Assembly (NCBI GenBank): GCA_002189035.1
Contig: NEEC01000004.1
Span: 5,270,001-5,334,000 of the forward strand
Source: Utricularia gibba
Taxonomy: Eukaryota > Plantae > Magnoliophyta
Direction of reading: 5' to 3'
Length of the DNA stretch: 64,000 bases
Below are positions 22,086 through 35,265 of this stretch, one piece after another. The position numbers and the translations under genes are program-made. The notes under the pieces were generated by a model. It saw nothing but the letters and a program-made list of their open reading frames with translations, did no database searches and was not told the DNA's origin. Each line of letters starts with the position of its first letter. Position 1 is the first letter of the stretch.

Positions 22086-24758
22086 CTAAGAAGTCAAGAA
22101 ACCATCCACCTTTGCATTCTTCCTTCTTGACAGGAACTTCATGCAGATGGGCGGCTTTACGCCGGCCAAAGCGAGTATGGAACTGGGCAGGGTCCATATC
22201 CCATCGCCGCATATCAGCCCTGAAGCCATGGCCGGCGCAAACGCATCGGCGTTCGCCTTGTCGATCTTCTCCCAGATGAAAAGGATCAAGCTCCCAATGC
22301 ACATGTCTATCGTGAAGTAGCCCCCAAGATAGAATGGGATGGCCATCGCCATGGGAACAGGAATGAACTTCGCCCATTTGGGACCTACGATGTCTCTGAT
22401 GGCGTTTATGGCCATTGCAGCAGCAAAGAAGATGTAGCATAAGGTAAGGCAGTGTCTTGGAAGGGAACCGAATCCGTCCACTCCCAAGATTGCCATGTTT
22501 CGATAGACGGAAGCATAGGGTGCAGGGTAAACGGAGCCAGGTTTGCCCAGATCACCGAAGGCCTTGAAGAAGATCCAGAAAACACAGGGAGAGATGATGC
22601 AGCCCATGGCAGTTCCAATGAATTGACTCACGAACATGGATCTTGGTGATGCAAGTGTCAAGTAACCAGTCTTGAAATCCTGTGAGAGGTCTGCAGCAGT
22701 GGATACAATATTCATCATGACTCCACAGGCAGCTAGACCGGCGAGAACACCGCCATGGGCAGCTCCAGCCCATGCACCAATTATAAATATGGCAAATTTG
22801 CCATAGGTTGAGGCTAGAGACCAATCTGTTAGCCCACATCCATAAGCATTGCAAAAGGCCAGAACTGGGGCAATAATGTACATAAGTACTATATGATACC
22901 ACCTAAGAGGGTGAAAGATAACAGGCAGCGTTGCAGTAGAGATAACTGCAATGGCGAGGTAGCCAGCAACCGCGAGCCAATTGGGAATTTTATCCTGGAT
23001 AAAGAGTCTTGTCCTAATTTGATCGTTGTAAGATAGAGTTGGTGGAGCTGGGCGCTGTTCATCAATTGGACGGACAATCTCAGCTCGCCCACTACGGATA
23101 TGTCGGAACAAGCCAAGTAATGTGTGTCCAAAAACCTTGAAGAAGTTGTAGAGACCATCTCCAAGAATCATAGCTATGGCAATGAAGACCTGGCATACAA
23201 GACATCGACAAGTAAATTTCTTTCAGATAAAAGGCACCTCTTGTTACATAATCTTGACACTAAAAGAGAAGAAGCAAAAAACTTCACCCTGTAGCCTTGC
23301 AAACCATGGAGACTGCTTTCAGATAGATCAGCAGAATACCAATCTCCCTTCCTGGTCTTAATCAGTGGCCACATTAGTCCCCAGGAGAGGATGGCTCCTA
23401 GAAGCATCGATATATTGATGATGTATGGGCATATCATGCCAACACCAACATAAGTTGCCGAGAAGTCAAAGTAAAACCTGATCCAGTATATTGAAAAATA
23501 AATGTGAGGCACAATCTCTCTTCAATATGGCATGATCATTTCAGAGGATAACCTGTTAGCATAGGCTTCCAGGCCAAATGTTGGAAAGCTCGCAAATCCA
23601 CAGCCATCTCCAGCAGTGAAAAACCACTGGAAAAACCCCCACAGAAAGCTAAAAGAAAAGAATTTTCCCAAGGTCTGCACTTGTTTTCTGGATTCAAGAA
23701 GTCAAAAACGTTAAGAAAGCATAATTGCCTGTACAGCAAACGAAAATTTAAGTACTTGCAGCTCACTTTGCCAGCTTAGCTCCCCGAGGGGTGTGAAAGC
23801 TATTGATCAGATGGGCTGTTGCAGTCCCACTAGGGTAAGTTAGACGAAAATCTATGATCATGATCTGAAAGCATCGGAAGAAAATACATGAATCCAGGCT
23901 CCTCCCTATCTCAGAACAAGCATTCGGATAAACAACATATGTCGTTTCCAGAAAACAAGAAAGTTTACCTTGCGAAGAGGGACCACAGAGAATAATCCCA
24001 AGAAGCTAACTACGAACAGAAACCCAATCATCCAATTCAGGTTCGGGTTCTTCACATTTCTGGAATCATTCGCCTCAGTAGATTGCCTAGCGATAGTCTC
24101 ACTCATGGCAAAGAGATAACTCCCAAAGCCGCCTGATTTTTCAGATTCGGAGTTAATTAAAAAGAGAAAAACATACAAAACTTTGGTTAAATTGCTGTTA
24201 TTAAAGAGGCGACTGTATAATTTTGAAAATCAGAAGAGGAGAATCCTAGGAAGGAGATTCACTACGGATTTAACGATTCCTTATCTTTCGCCCTAAACTT
24301 GCGGAATCAAGACTTGAAACAATATGCTGCATACACCGACACACCTCAAGAGCAAAGTGATGAATATTACCGCTAAAAGCTATGCCAGACGCGGCGACAA
24401 CGCAGGTCTGAATGACGGTGTTCTCCTGGCGGGTGAACTGCTGGCGGAGGAGTCCAGAATTCTCCAGAATCTTCGTCCACGTCTTCACAAAGAAGAAACC
24501 GAGAAGGCCAGCGGAGACATTCAGCGAAGGGATAATACCTGTAGTCAGATTCAACTTCATCACGATGAAGGTGAAGAGGACCGACAACACGAAGGCGACA
24601 AAGAAAGCTCTGAGGGTCAGTTGATTCCTCCATGGTGGCACCTCCTTGCTCTCGAATATCTTCTCGATCGAATCTACGTCCTCCATCCCTCCCTTACGAG
24701 CTTCCCCCTCCGTCTCCTCCCCGTCGGTTTTTTTGACCACAGCATCGGACTTTTCCAT
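22086..24758 (-). CDS. YSL: Yellow Stripe-Like (OPT family) metal-nicotianamine transporter, YSL5/7/8 group
   Basis: [91 protein letters not shown]-type C-terminus ([10 protein letters not shown]); canonical GT-AG exons in frame. Confidence 0.96.
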
Positions 24759-25529
24759 CGCACTCTATGACCGCCTGTGGCGCCAGCGGAGTCTATATAT
24801 ACAACCCCCCAGTCCCTAATCCCTGTTTTAAATAATTAATCTCGTAATTAATTGGAATTTACACTGTAATAAATACAACCTTAATCCCACCCTAGAAGCA
24901 CAATAACTATCATTAATTCCTTAATAATGATTAATTAACATAATCCCCCTAATTACCATGTTTAGGCTCGCTAATCAGTAATCACTATCCTAATGTGAAA
25001 GGCATTAGCTTGATTTTCCACTCCAGCACGTTGACTTGACTCTAGAAATGGGAAAGCATGATAGTGGGCCCCATTAGAATATATGGAAAATTTTAAATTT
25101 TTTTTTCCCCTAGAGGATAGTGTGCGGTGTCAACAGCTGGCATGAGATTAAAATGATTGATTATTTATGATAATGACCGTTGGGAAATTCGAATTTTGAA
25201 GAGGATGATAGTGGCGTCCACGTCATCAAGACTTCCCATCTTGCCGCCATTTAACAACACGTGGAATGTTTGTAATAACACTTGGATGCCAAGCCTTTAT
25301 GATTCTGGAGTTTGAATGCAGGGGATATTCCAGGAGTAGTATATGTGAATTCAATGAAGCGTTTTCAGTGGGTAATTTAAGACAACCGAGTTCGTAGTTT
25401 GAAATGATGAGCTGAATTCAATGGTTGGAAAGTAAATGATAACGAAACGAAGTCTTGAATCAGCTGCAGCTGGAAGGATCACCTTACGGACCAAATGATC
25501 TTGGCCCTGGTGTCAACTCACGAGCGGTG

Positions 25530-27175
25530 TCATGTGGAGGCAGCAGTTGCAAGAACTGATGTAGCAAGATCTCTCTTCTGTGAACTCCAAGTTCTCTTCC
25601 CAGCTTCAGAGCATCTGCTTTCTCCCTTGGAAGAGGACGCTGAGGAACGATCAGTTGATTCCACTGAACTCGGCTCCCACTTGGAAGCGCTGACCCCTTG
25701 CTCCTCAGTGTCATTCCCAACTCCAGCTATGCTGTTGCTTCCGCAGGATTCCTCTGTTGTTCCTCTCTCCACAGTCACATATTTATTCTGAAACCTCTGC
25801 TTGATCACATCATCATCAGTGGTTAAAGTTTTTGTGTTTCTTCTGTTGTCGCCCGCCATTGATGGACCCATGTTGGAATTGAGGTCAGCTACTGCTTCAA
25901 GAATAGAACATGCCTTAGTCACGCAAGCCGGCAGAGCAAAATCAGCTAAAGGAGTTGTCTTTTGATGGAAATTTTGAATATCTTCCAGTAAAAGTGCAGT
26001 GTAGGATGAAATCTTCGTTTCTTGAGCTTCTTCATGTCTGTCTAGATCGATGGAGAGATGAGAGGAGCGGCTACCCAGACTTGGTTTTGCGGTCTCAGAG
26101 GCTTTAATGATCTCTGTTGCTTCCTTGTTTGTCTGGATTATGTTTGTGTGGTTGATTTGTTTCTTCTTTGGGGCAGCCTGCAAAAGCCAAATGATTTGAA
26201 TTCTGCTGCTTCTTTGTAATTGAACTACGAAATTTGAATGAGTTTCGTGTAGTACCTGGGGGATGGTGACATTGGTGTCGATCTCTGCGAGAGGATTTCT
26301 TCTGAATGGAGAATTTTCAGTTGCCCTCTTTGAGTTGCTCCGGCTGAGGGACGGTGGCTGTTGCCGCGCCGGAGAGCGATTACGTGGCGTTTCGCTGCCG
26401 GCGTTTCTCCTTACGTGAATTCTAGTTATAGCTGCCGTCTCGGCTGGTACGGTGGGCGGAACTGAGACCAGTTTCCCCGGCCTAGAAGATGTAGTGGAGG
26501 AGCTGAGAGTACTACCTCCAAAGGCGATGGGAGAAACAGATCTTCTGCCCGGAGATCTGCTCACGCGCCGCCCTCCAACGCCGCTGCTGACTCTGTCTCT
26601 GCTTCGGGAGAGCTTCTGAGGGGTCTGCTCTTTTCCCCTTTCACAACTTGGGTTCTCCGCCGTCCCTGTGAATCCCGAATCCGCTCTCTCCGACGAGTCT
26701 CCCTCTCACTCGCCACCGCTTCCTCGGCGACAATGTTCCCTGTTTCGGCGTCGAAATCGTAACTTCTCTTCGAACCTGAATATTTTTTTAGCACATTATC
26801 TTCAGAAACACCACCACCGCCCTTCGAAGTGGAGGAGCTCCGGCTGAGCCTACCGCACTGAATGAGAATAGCGTCCAGTTCTTCCTTCGTGCAACTTGAC
26901 GACCGCGGCGGCACTATCGCTCCTTCCCAGCAAGAACTCACATTTTTATCTTCTTCTTTCAACTTCTTGGCCCCGGATTTCTCCTCCACGCTGGATCTCT
27001 GTTTCTCAAGCTCACAACTTTTCCGCTGAGGCGTGAAATAAGCTTCTTTTTTGACGACCACCTGTTCCTGGGGTTCAAACTTCTCCAATTGCACAGCAAA
27101 TTTTGAATTCTCCGGCGGATTCAGAGCATAAGAAGAACCAAGCTTACCCTTCTTCTTACTGAAACAGGCCCCCAT
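25530..27175 (-). CDS. Uncharacterised Ser/Arg-rich plant protein (At1g65710-like) with an apparent -1 frameshift at 26650-26652
   Basis: MGACFSKK start, RSSSCTKEELDAILIQCGRLSRSSS, KYSGSKRSYDFD, RVSRSPGRRS, ENSPFRRNPLAEID, YTALLLEDIQNFHQK and LPACVTKACSILEAVADLNS, spread across two overlapping ORFs. Confidence 0.85.
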
Positions 27176-27674
27176 TTTTCACCCAAAGCCACAAAAGATT
27201 CAAGAAAATCGAAAGGAGAAGAAGACACAAAGCAAAGCGAAATGGTCCCAAGAAAAAAAAAAAAAGCGCAGTGCAAGGAAATGATGACGCTGTGCTGTTC
27301 ACCGGAGGAAAGAAGAGCGATGCCACAACAATTTCAAATTTCCGACACACGACAACGAGTTGTCGTAGCCGTTGGAAACCTTCTTTTTTTTTTTCGAAAA
27401 GGGATTCAAGTAAGACAAGCTTGTTAGAATCTTTTAAGGCAGTTAATCAGATTCTTTTTGGATCTAAAGGTGAATCATTTTGCAAGAACAGTTAGCCCCA
27501 GTTCATCTTAGGATATTGTTTGACATGGAACATGTCAAAAGAACGGTGAAGAAAACCAAACCAAACACTCATCAGAACAGGGAATAGAAAAACAACAAAC
27601 TGCAGATACAAAATGGTTTATGCATGTCTTTGGAGCATCATCTCCTTATCCTTTTGTCGCTGCCAACTGGGAAA

Positions 27675-28533
27675 CTACGCCGCCGAGATCATCCGAAGGC
27701 TGCCGGAGATCGTGCATACAGCCAGACCGGCTAACGCCAGGAATCCATATTTCCTGCGTAGTATAAAGGTAGCAAAAGGTTTCTATGAATTCTACAGCTC
27801 AGTAGCGGAAGGAAGCCTAAATCTGAAGGTAGAATCACTGCGCAAACTAATGATAAATGATCGAAAATTCGCCATACCCAATATCTAAACGTTTTTTGGG
27901 ATCGCCAGTTGAGTAGCCAATGAAGTAGAAAATGCGGGTAATGGTGTAAACAACGCCCAGTGAAGCAGAGACAATAGGATGCTTAAGTCCCCCATCATCA
28001 TCAACATGAAAAACGAAGGCATCATTTCCAACGAGTTCTGGTGCCCTCTCTGCAGTTACAACATGGCATAATTCAAAGAGAGAAATTGAGAGAAAAAGAT
28101 GTCTGATTCAGCAGCCACAAACTTCACAACCCAATGCCCAGTTATGAAAAGATCTCAACATCATACAAGATTGGAAGAACGAGATAAAATTCAAGAATCA
28201 ACACGAAATAATTCATGGGGATCCACGCTGATAAGAAAAACGAAAGCAATTACACAAACCTGCACACAATTGAAAATCTTCCCATCCTTGTTCTCTGTTT
28301 CATTAGCGTACATGGTCGGATAAAACACCTTATACCTAACAACAAAACCAAACTCGAGATTACAAAAGCCCCCAAAAGGGAATAAAACTGGGATTTTCAT
28401 CAATTGAAGAACAAGCATACTTTTTCCGAGCCTGGCCGACTTTGGCAGCCATCCAGAAATTAACGAAGCCATAGAAAACCAGAACAAGCATTACGTATCC
28501 ATACTCCTTAGGCAGAAACTCGATCCCAGCCAT
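27675..28533 (-). CDS. MGST3: Microsomal glutathione S-transferase 3 (MAPEG family); apparent -1 frameshift at 27989-27993
   Basis: [14 protein letters not shown]; exons [14 protein letters not shown]|[24 protein letters not shown]|KYGFLALAG; stop at 27675-27677. Confidence 0.92.
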
Positions 28534-29068
28534 TCTCGTAGTTCCCAGAGCAAGTTCAAATCTTTCCACACAAGAAACTGAAGGCAGATCCCCAGGCTTT
28601 ATACTGTATTTTCACCCCAGTTCGCTCCCCTCCCCAAGGCACCGAACCCGTTGACTGTACATAATTAACTATCGTGAAACGTCATTGCTGGCGTAGCTCT
28701 TCAAATGTGAGGTCGGCACTCACGTTACATAGTGGCCCACGTACATTAAGTGATGTGGGCCCCATGCCCATACATAATGGGCTTTAGCCCATCTATGATT
28801 TTTTTATTTATACTATTATTACAAAATAATGAAATTATATCGTTTTAAATTTTGACAAAATTTTGGAAAAATATGCTAAAATTCTCTAAAATTTGCTTAT
28901 TTTTTTATTGAAATTTCAATTTTTTTTTTTATCAAACTGAATTTCTGAAATCCTCCGGGGCGTCCATTGGCTACATTGCCTGAGGTTCAGATTTACAGTG
29001 TTTTACGCTACATTTTTCAGCGTTGCTCTGCGGCCAACACCTCAAAAGAAATGGCCGTTGCCTTAGCC

Positions 29069-30701
29069 TCATGCCTTGACGAATGAGGAGCTTCTGGACG
29101 AAGGAGGAGCCAGAGACTTGGCATACGCCAAGGGAAGCGCAAGGATCTTCTTTGGCTTGCTGACGTACGCTCGCTTCGTGAAATTGTTGTAGTCGTTTGC
29201 TTCGATCTCGTCGAGGATTTGTCTGTACAACAGCAGAGAAGCCCACACCTAGCAGGAGGAGGAGTATGTGAGGTGAGGAGTTGATGGGTGTGCTTATCTC
29301 TGTGTTGGGTTTGCGATGCTTACCGGCCATCTGCTGGCTGAGCTGAGCTCCTTGACGCCACTCTCAGCATCGTCGAAAAACTTCCTTGCTCTCTTGATCT
29401 GCTTCTTCATGAAGGTTCTCCACTTATCGGTAACTTTTCCGGCGAAGATGTCTTCCTCAGACAGACCTGCCTGAGCCAGCTCATCCTGCGGGAGGTAGAT
29501 TCTCCCTCGCCCCGCACTGCAACACGGGAAAGAGACAGGGATCATTGTAACGCTATGTTTTCAACTCAAATGGAAGGCATTACAGAGATGCTCTGTGCTC
29601 ACTCTTCTCCGACGTCTCTGAGTATGTTGGTGAGCTGATTCGCAAGTCCTAACGACAAAGCTGCGTGGTAGACGCTCTCTGTGGTCGCAGATGACTGTGG
29701 GTCTATCCCCATAACTGGGACACTCATCAAGCCGACAGTCCAGCGACGTAGTAGCAGTACATGTAGAGCTCGTCGAAGTTTCTGTATCGAGTTTTTCGAA
29801 GATCCATCCTCATTCCTTCGATCATATCACGAAATGGCTGCAGGGAGGATAAAAAGTTATCCATTGAAAATCTGCGAGAAGAAGCTGGGGAGGGGAAATC
29901 TGTGAAGCCGAACCTGAATATCTACAGGAAACTTGGACACTGTATCAGCCAAAGCAGCATCAAGCATGTCGAATGGGCGACCTCTGAAAATATCCTCGAG
30001 CCTCACCTCCCACCGGTCCAGCGCTGTGGGTGTGATGTGAGATGCATTCGGACCGTCAACAAGCTCATCGGTTCTCCGGCACCACACTGGATTACAGAAA
30101 CAATAAAAAACTGATCAGGTTACACGGACCATTCAGTAGTGCAGATAAGGCAACTTAAATGATTCACCATAAATTGCCCAGATAGCTCTTTGCCTTACTG
30201 GAGTCATCAGCATGGTTCCTGGAATAAAAGAACAGAAGAAAGTTGATGCATTTCTACCCAAACAATTTATCTGAATCTGGAAAGATGAAGCTGGGGCTAA
30301 CCGAGGTAGAAAGTCTTGGCATATTCGGCACATACTTCTCCACAACGGTTGTAAGCTTCATTCAACATGAGTGCAGATCCAGGAACAGCAATTTCAGGTT
30401 CAACCTCTACATCATCAGTTGATCTAAAGTTTCTGTTAACCAAAGCTGCCTGCTTTAAAACCACATCATAGACTTTTCGCTCAGATGATAATGTTGTATC
30501 CTCAGCTATGCTTGCCACCATGCTTGATACCGGAGAACTATGGTTCCTTCCGCCGACTTGGCAAATGAAGGAACTTTTGCCTCTTGGAGGCGATGGAATC
30601 GAAAGAGGTTTCCATTTTGCTTCTCGAATCGAATCCAAGAATCCGCATCCAATCGAAATATCAGGACAAGGAGAAAGGATCCACGCCGCTGCCTGGATCA
30701 T
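29069..30701 (-). CDS. PSY: Phytoene synthase; apparent -1 frameshift at 29740-29741
   Basis: [76 protein letters not shown] and [19 protein letters not shown]. Confidence 0.96.
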
Positions 30702-31782
30702 TCTACAATCAATTCCTTCTCTTGTCTAACTTCTATAACCCTGAAGACAAATGTTCAGTGGCTTCCAATCAAAAGCAATTTTAATCTTTCTTCCTTCCCG
30801 ATCGACTCACGTTGCGTATAAAGTTCAGAAAAACAAAATCCACTTCCCAGAACAATGGGTGGACACAGAATCCGCGACCGAAGCTCACTGTAAACTGAAT
30901 CACGAAAAGAAGCTTAAGAGATTCGAACTTTGCAAAAAAGTAAGGAATGTAGAGAGACAAGAAGAGACTACGCCTAAAAAGCAAAACTTTCAACAACCCA
31001 CCTCAAATTTAGCAGGAGTAATTCTCGAGACACCAAGAATCAATGGCCGACAGTGTGTTTACACGGTGCATTTCAGCCATCCAGTGGTTTCTGTAGGTAC
31101 CCACAAGACGACCCTTTTCGTTTCTCTTCGAATTAGAAATTCAGAAGAGCGAGTGAAGAGTGACGGATGAAGAACAGGGCGCCGCTGAAATCGAGTGATT
31201 CCCATGAAACACAATCCCCATCGATTACAAGGAACGCGTGTCCTGCTTCTGAACCGTCGAATTATACATCTGAAACTAAGTAGTGGACATGCTTACAAGA
31301 GAAGGGACATCATGAGATAGCCGATGTAACGTGGTCGTTTACTACTGGCGGACATGGATTTCCCCATATTTCCCTTCCGATGAGATGGTTGGCTTTAGGG
31401 ATTTCTCGTGGCACCCACTCCGAAACTCCCTGCCCCACTGCCTTTCCCTCTTGCCAACTTGCCTGCTTTCGATTTCCTTGTTCGAATTTAGAAATTTCCC
31501 CCCAGAGGCACTGGAGGTCCAGTCAATCAATTTGTGTTGTAAAAAAATAAAGCTTTTTAGATTTCGAATCAGTTGTAAGTAAATCTTCCCTCGGCATGCT
31601 TCCGGACAAAGGAGCAGTTGAACTCCAAATCATGTCAGAGCACGTTCCAAAAATTGAACAGGAAAACACCATTAAGATCTATATGTTCATTCAAATGATT
31701 TCTGGTAACAACAGGAAACACTAAAACGGTATAGTTTGCAGGTGTAAGTTGATATGCGTTCTGCTAACTTCATGATTGAGAT

Positions 31783-33918
31783 CTATGAGCATGGTTTGTG
31801 GTGAGGTATCCAAAAGGACCATAACACCAATGCAAATGCAAACTTCTGAGATCTCATCATCCTCAATCCAGCCACTGTGTTCCTGATAAGAGATACCAAT
31901 CTCTCCTGCAGGCTCATGTTTCTGTGCATGGTGATTGGAATATGCTGATGGTTCATTCTCTTGGGGTTCATTTGGACTTGTAGTGTTCTGCTAGGCACCA
32001 GCTCGTGGTACAATGTCTGCGGCGGCTGCCGAGTTGACACCAGCATTCCAAGGCTCACTTGGGGTTTCGCCTCATACTCCGAGAAGCTGCCGCCCAAGTT
32101 GACACTGAGATCCGGTCTGGTTGCATCTCCAGCGAAGGTGTCAGTGTGGGTTTCTGCTGTGACAGCAAAAGTATAAAATACAGGAAAATTAGATCATGGA
32201 GGCGGAGCAAATAATACGTCACCATGGAAACCATGATGTTCTTCTCCTTGAACGTTGGAGAAGCTGCTGCTGTGTATTTGAAGTGTGTTGGACTCAACCG
32301 GGAAAGCCTGCGGAAATTCCAGACAAAATCTTTGAAATTTGTAATGAAGCCTTTTCAGTTCACGCGATCTTTCTTTCTTTCTTTACGGCACCACTATTTT
32401 GACTTGACTACCTTTTCAAGTTCTTCATCGGAAATCCCAATCCAGTGCATGTTTTCCGGGAACCGAAACGCTTGCTCGTTTCCTCGGATTTCAATGGCCC
32501 GATGCACCTGTGGGCCGTGGTCATACGGCGGCTCCGCCGGGAGGTTGCCGTGTAGATAGGATGTTAGCTCATCGGTTCCCGAGAAAATCCCATGAAGCGT
32601 GGCAGCCCCTTGAAGGTGGGAATCATTCAACTCCTGAGAAGTTTGAGCAAATGCTAGTATTTCCTGTACGATATCATTCCGTTGATTCTCGTTTCCCGTA
32701 TAAACGTTACAGCCGCCCGCAATCATCGGATTCCCATACGCCGCCGGGAAATCTTGCACCTCCAACGGCGGCTGTGAAAACCGATTCTGGAACCTAGAGC
32801 ATTCCACCTCCACGTTCACCTACAAATCGATCCATCCGTAAGATTAACCATGGATACGTCCGTAAACTACATATTATAAAACAGATGCATACCCTGCATG
32901 GAGTATATGGCGTGGAGGAGGAGGCGCTGCCGTACATGTTACTGAAACTGAATTCGAACTCCTCTTCGGACAAGTATGGCCCCCATCCAGGATCATCAGA
33001 TGAACCAGGAAAGGTAGAAGAATCCGGATCCCCGTCGTCGAACTTCCGTTCACAGTCGCTTGCCGAGGCACCCACGTAACGATCTTCTGTCTTCGAAGGA
33101 TTTAAACTCTTCTTGAATACCCGGTAAAGCGCATAGGTATCCTGATAATCGCAACGAAATTCAGAACGGGAAGGATCCCGAATGAAGAACTGAGAGTGAA
33201 TTATCTCAGCAAGTTCTACCTCCATGTATAAATTCGTAAGAAAAAATCTGAACCTGCAATCCGGATGAAGTCTCACATTCTCCTTCTTCCAATCTGTACT
33301 CGTGCATCACCCAATCCGTTCTCGCACCATGAGGCGCTCGGCCTCTGTAGTACACTAGGGTTTTCTTCATCCCTACCGCTCTCATGTTCGAGCTCACCTT
33401 CCTATCTTTCCCCGTCGCCTTCCAGTACCCGGCCTTCGTCGCCCGGTTCGTCCTCGACCCGTTTGGATACTTCCGATCTCTGCAACTGAAGAAGTACCAC
33501 TCCATGTCTTTGCTCGGCAGCAACGATTTCCCTATATTGAAATAAACCGCATTCCAGTAGTTACTAACAACGTTGTCTCGTAATCCGAGACCGATTTCCC
33601 TATCACTCTTTATGCTTTTCAGGGTAAAGAGAGTCCTCGAACTGTTTGCGGTGCTGTTCTATCAAGGATTTCAACTAATACCTTTCTTGGTTTTCACTTT
33701 ACCTGGGGAGCTTGAAGGTTTGAAGTATATGAACGATGCAGAATAGCTATGGAAGCAGTACCTGGCAGATCCCATGGCTCGCACTTGTACAGGTCCACCT
33801 CCGGGATGATTTCGAGGTCGATTTTCTGGCCGTTGATCTTCCGCTTGAGGTAGTAAGCCACCAGCTCTTCGTCGGTGGGATGAAACCGGAACCCCGGCGG
33901 CAGCGACACCGGAGCCAT
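31783..33918 (-). CDS. NAC transcription factor (NAC028/045/086-like)
   Basis: [70 protein letters not shown] and [20 protein letters not shown]; six exons joined in frame. Confidence 0.94.
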
Positions 33919-34568
33919 AACGCGGGATCAGGTTGCAGAAGACAAAGGAATCTCAGGCGTGGAAGGCCGAAGGAAGAAGAGACAGCAGATACGAGACTGC
34001 ATTTATAGACCAACGAAGAAAGCAAAACCCTCGTCTTCTCCTTCTTTTTGTTTCTTTCTTTTTTTCACTGTCTTTCCTCTCAAGCTCCATTTCCTTTCCT
34101 TTTCCCTTTGTTTTTTTCAAGTACAATAAAATTTTTGAATATAAAATTGTTTTAATGTACATCATCTACGTGATTAGGAAACGTAATTAATCACTAATTA
34201 CGAAGATTAGTGACGTATAGGTGATTAAGCGCTGCCACGTGGAAGACTGCACTGAATCCGACGTGGCGAATAACGATCACTTCCTTCCCTTTTCATCACT
34301 CCATCTTTTTGTGCTTTTCCACCTTTTACGGGTTCCCATTTCCTTTCCTTCTTTCCAATCTTGTGCTCCTGACGTCGTCATCTTGCGTGTTCTGTGACGT
34401 CAAAAATGAATAAACTTACTAGAAATGAAATCATCCACACAGAAAGGAGAGGAGATGAAGGGATTCATACAAGAAGAAGGAGAAGCCTGCCAGCCATTGT
34501 TGCCTGGGGAGCCACTGGTAAATGCGACAAGATGAGCTGAGCCCAGTTCGTGATTTGGCTGGGATCCC

Positions 34569-35208
34569 TCATTTAGCTGAGGCGGCAGCATCTTCTGTAG
34601 CACACTGAGACACGTAAGGCTTTGGCTGAAGGCAGGAAACACACAACATGAGCCAATTCCAGAAGATCCAAATTATCTGTAAAGCATGTTGGCAGGAATC
34701 TATCACAGCAATAGCTGCAGCATCATAGAGCTGTAAAGGCTCTCATTTTCAAGTAATAACAAGCACTGAACATCTACTTTCAATCAGAGTGAAACACGAA
34801 TGAAGTCACATTTAGAGTATAAAGCTCCAATAAATCACAATGCAGAGCATCTAACAGATTGAATCACGAACTACAGTAAAGTTTGATACTTTCATGGCTC
34901 AAAAGGAGCTTCACACCGGGTGCGCTTTCAAATCGGCAGAATTCAAGAAGCAGACAACCAGATGAGGGGAGAATTAATTGACACAAATTCCCCAATCAAA
35001 AGAATCATCCAACAATGGCAAACGGCATGTGACGAACTCGGAGCATCAAACAAAATGAAAAACCGCAAAGAAAGTACCTTTCCGGTTATAAAACTCCGTG
35101 GGCTTGCAGTTTTTTCCCTTGTGGTACCCTCTCAGACTCGTATCCAGCGCCGACGTCCCCTTTCTTCTGAATGCCCTACTTGTCGCCCAGCAACAGCCCT
35201 GGCGCCAT
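34569..35208 (-). pseudogene. Decayed mitochondrial ribosomal protein mL41 (MRPL41) gene
   Basis: ATG 35208 gives MAPGLLLG; after a +1 shift RAFRRKGTSALD...YHKGKNCKPTEFYNRK(G), donor at 35077, and last exon PKPYVSQC...* (34625-34569). Matches plant mL41 motifs GRAFRRKRTSSLD, YYKGKNCKPTGF and LKPYVSQC as recalled. The middle exon was not found. Confidence 0.75.
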
Positions 35209-35265
35209 TTTCGTACAGTTTTTCTCTCTTCAAACTCGCTTCTGGCCGAACCAGAACCCCATTAA

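Noticed and set aside
20673-24770. Antisense and alternative-frame ORFs of 100-190 aa over AAE and YSL (similar ones occur over LecRK, KAN and BAP31)
   Set aside because: Expected shadows of GC-rich coding sequence; no recognisable motifs.
26180-26255. Segment VLHETHSNF...IIWLLQ inside the 344-aa ORF
   Set aside because: An in-frame GT-AG intron read through by the ORF finder, not protein.
17707-30701. LecRK-AAE-YSL-GST-PSY as a biosynthetic gene cluster
   Set aside because: No coherent pathway (no tailoring P450/2OGD/transferase set around a scaffold enzyme); the arrangement is better explained by ancestral synteny.
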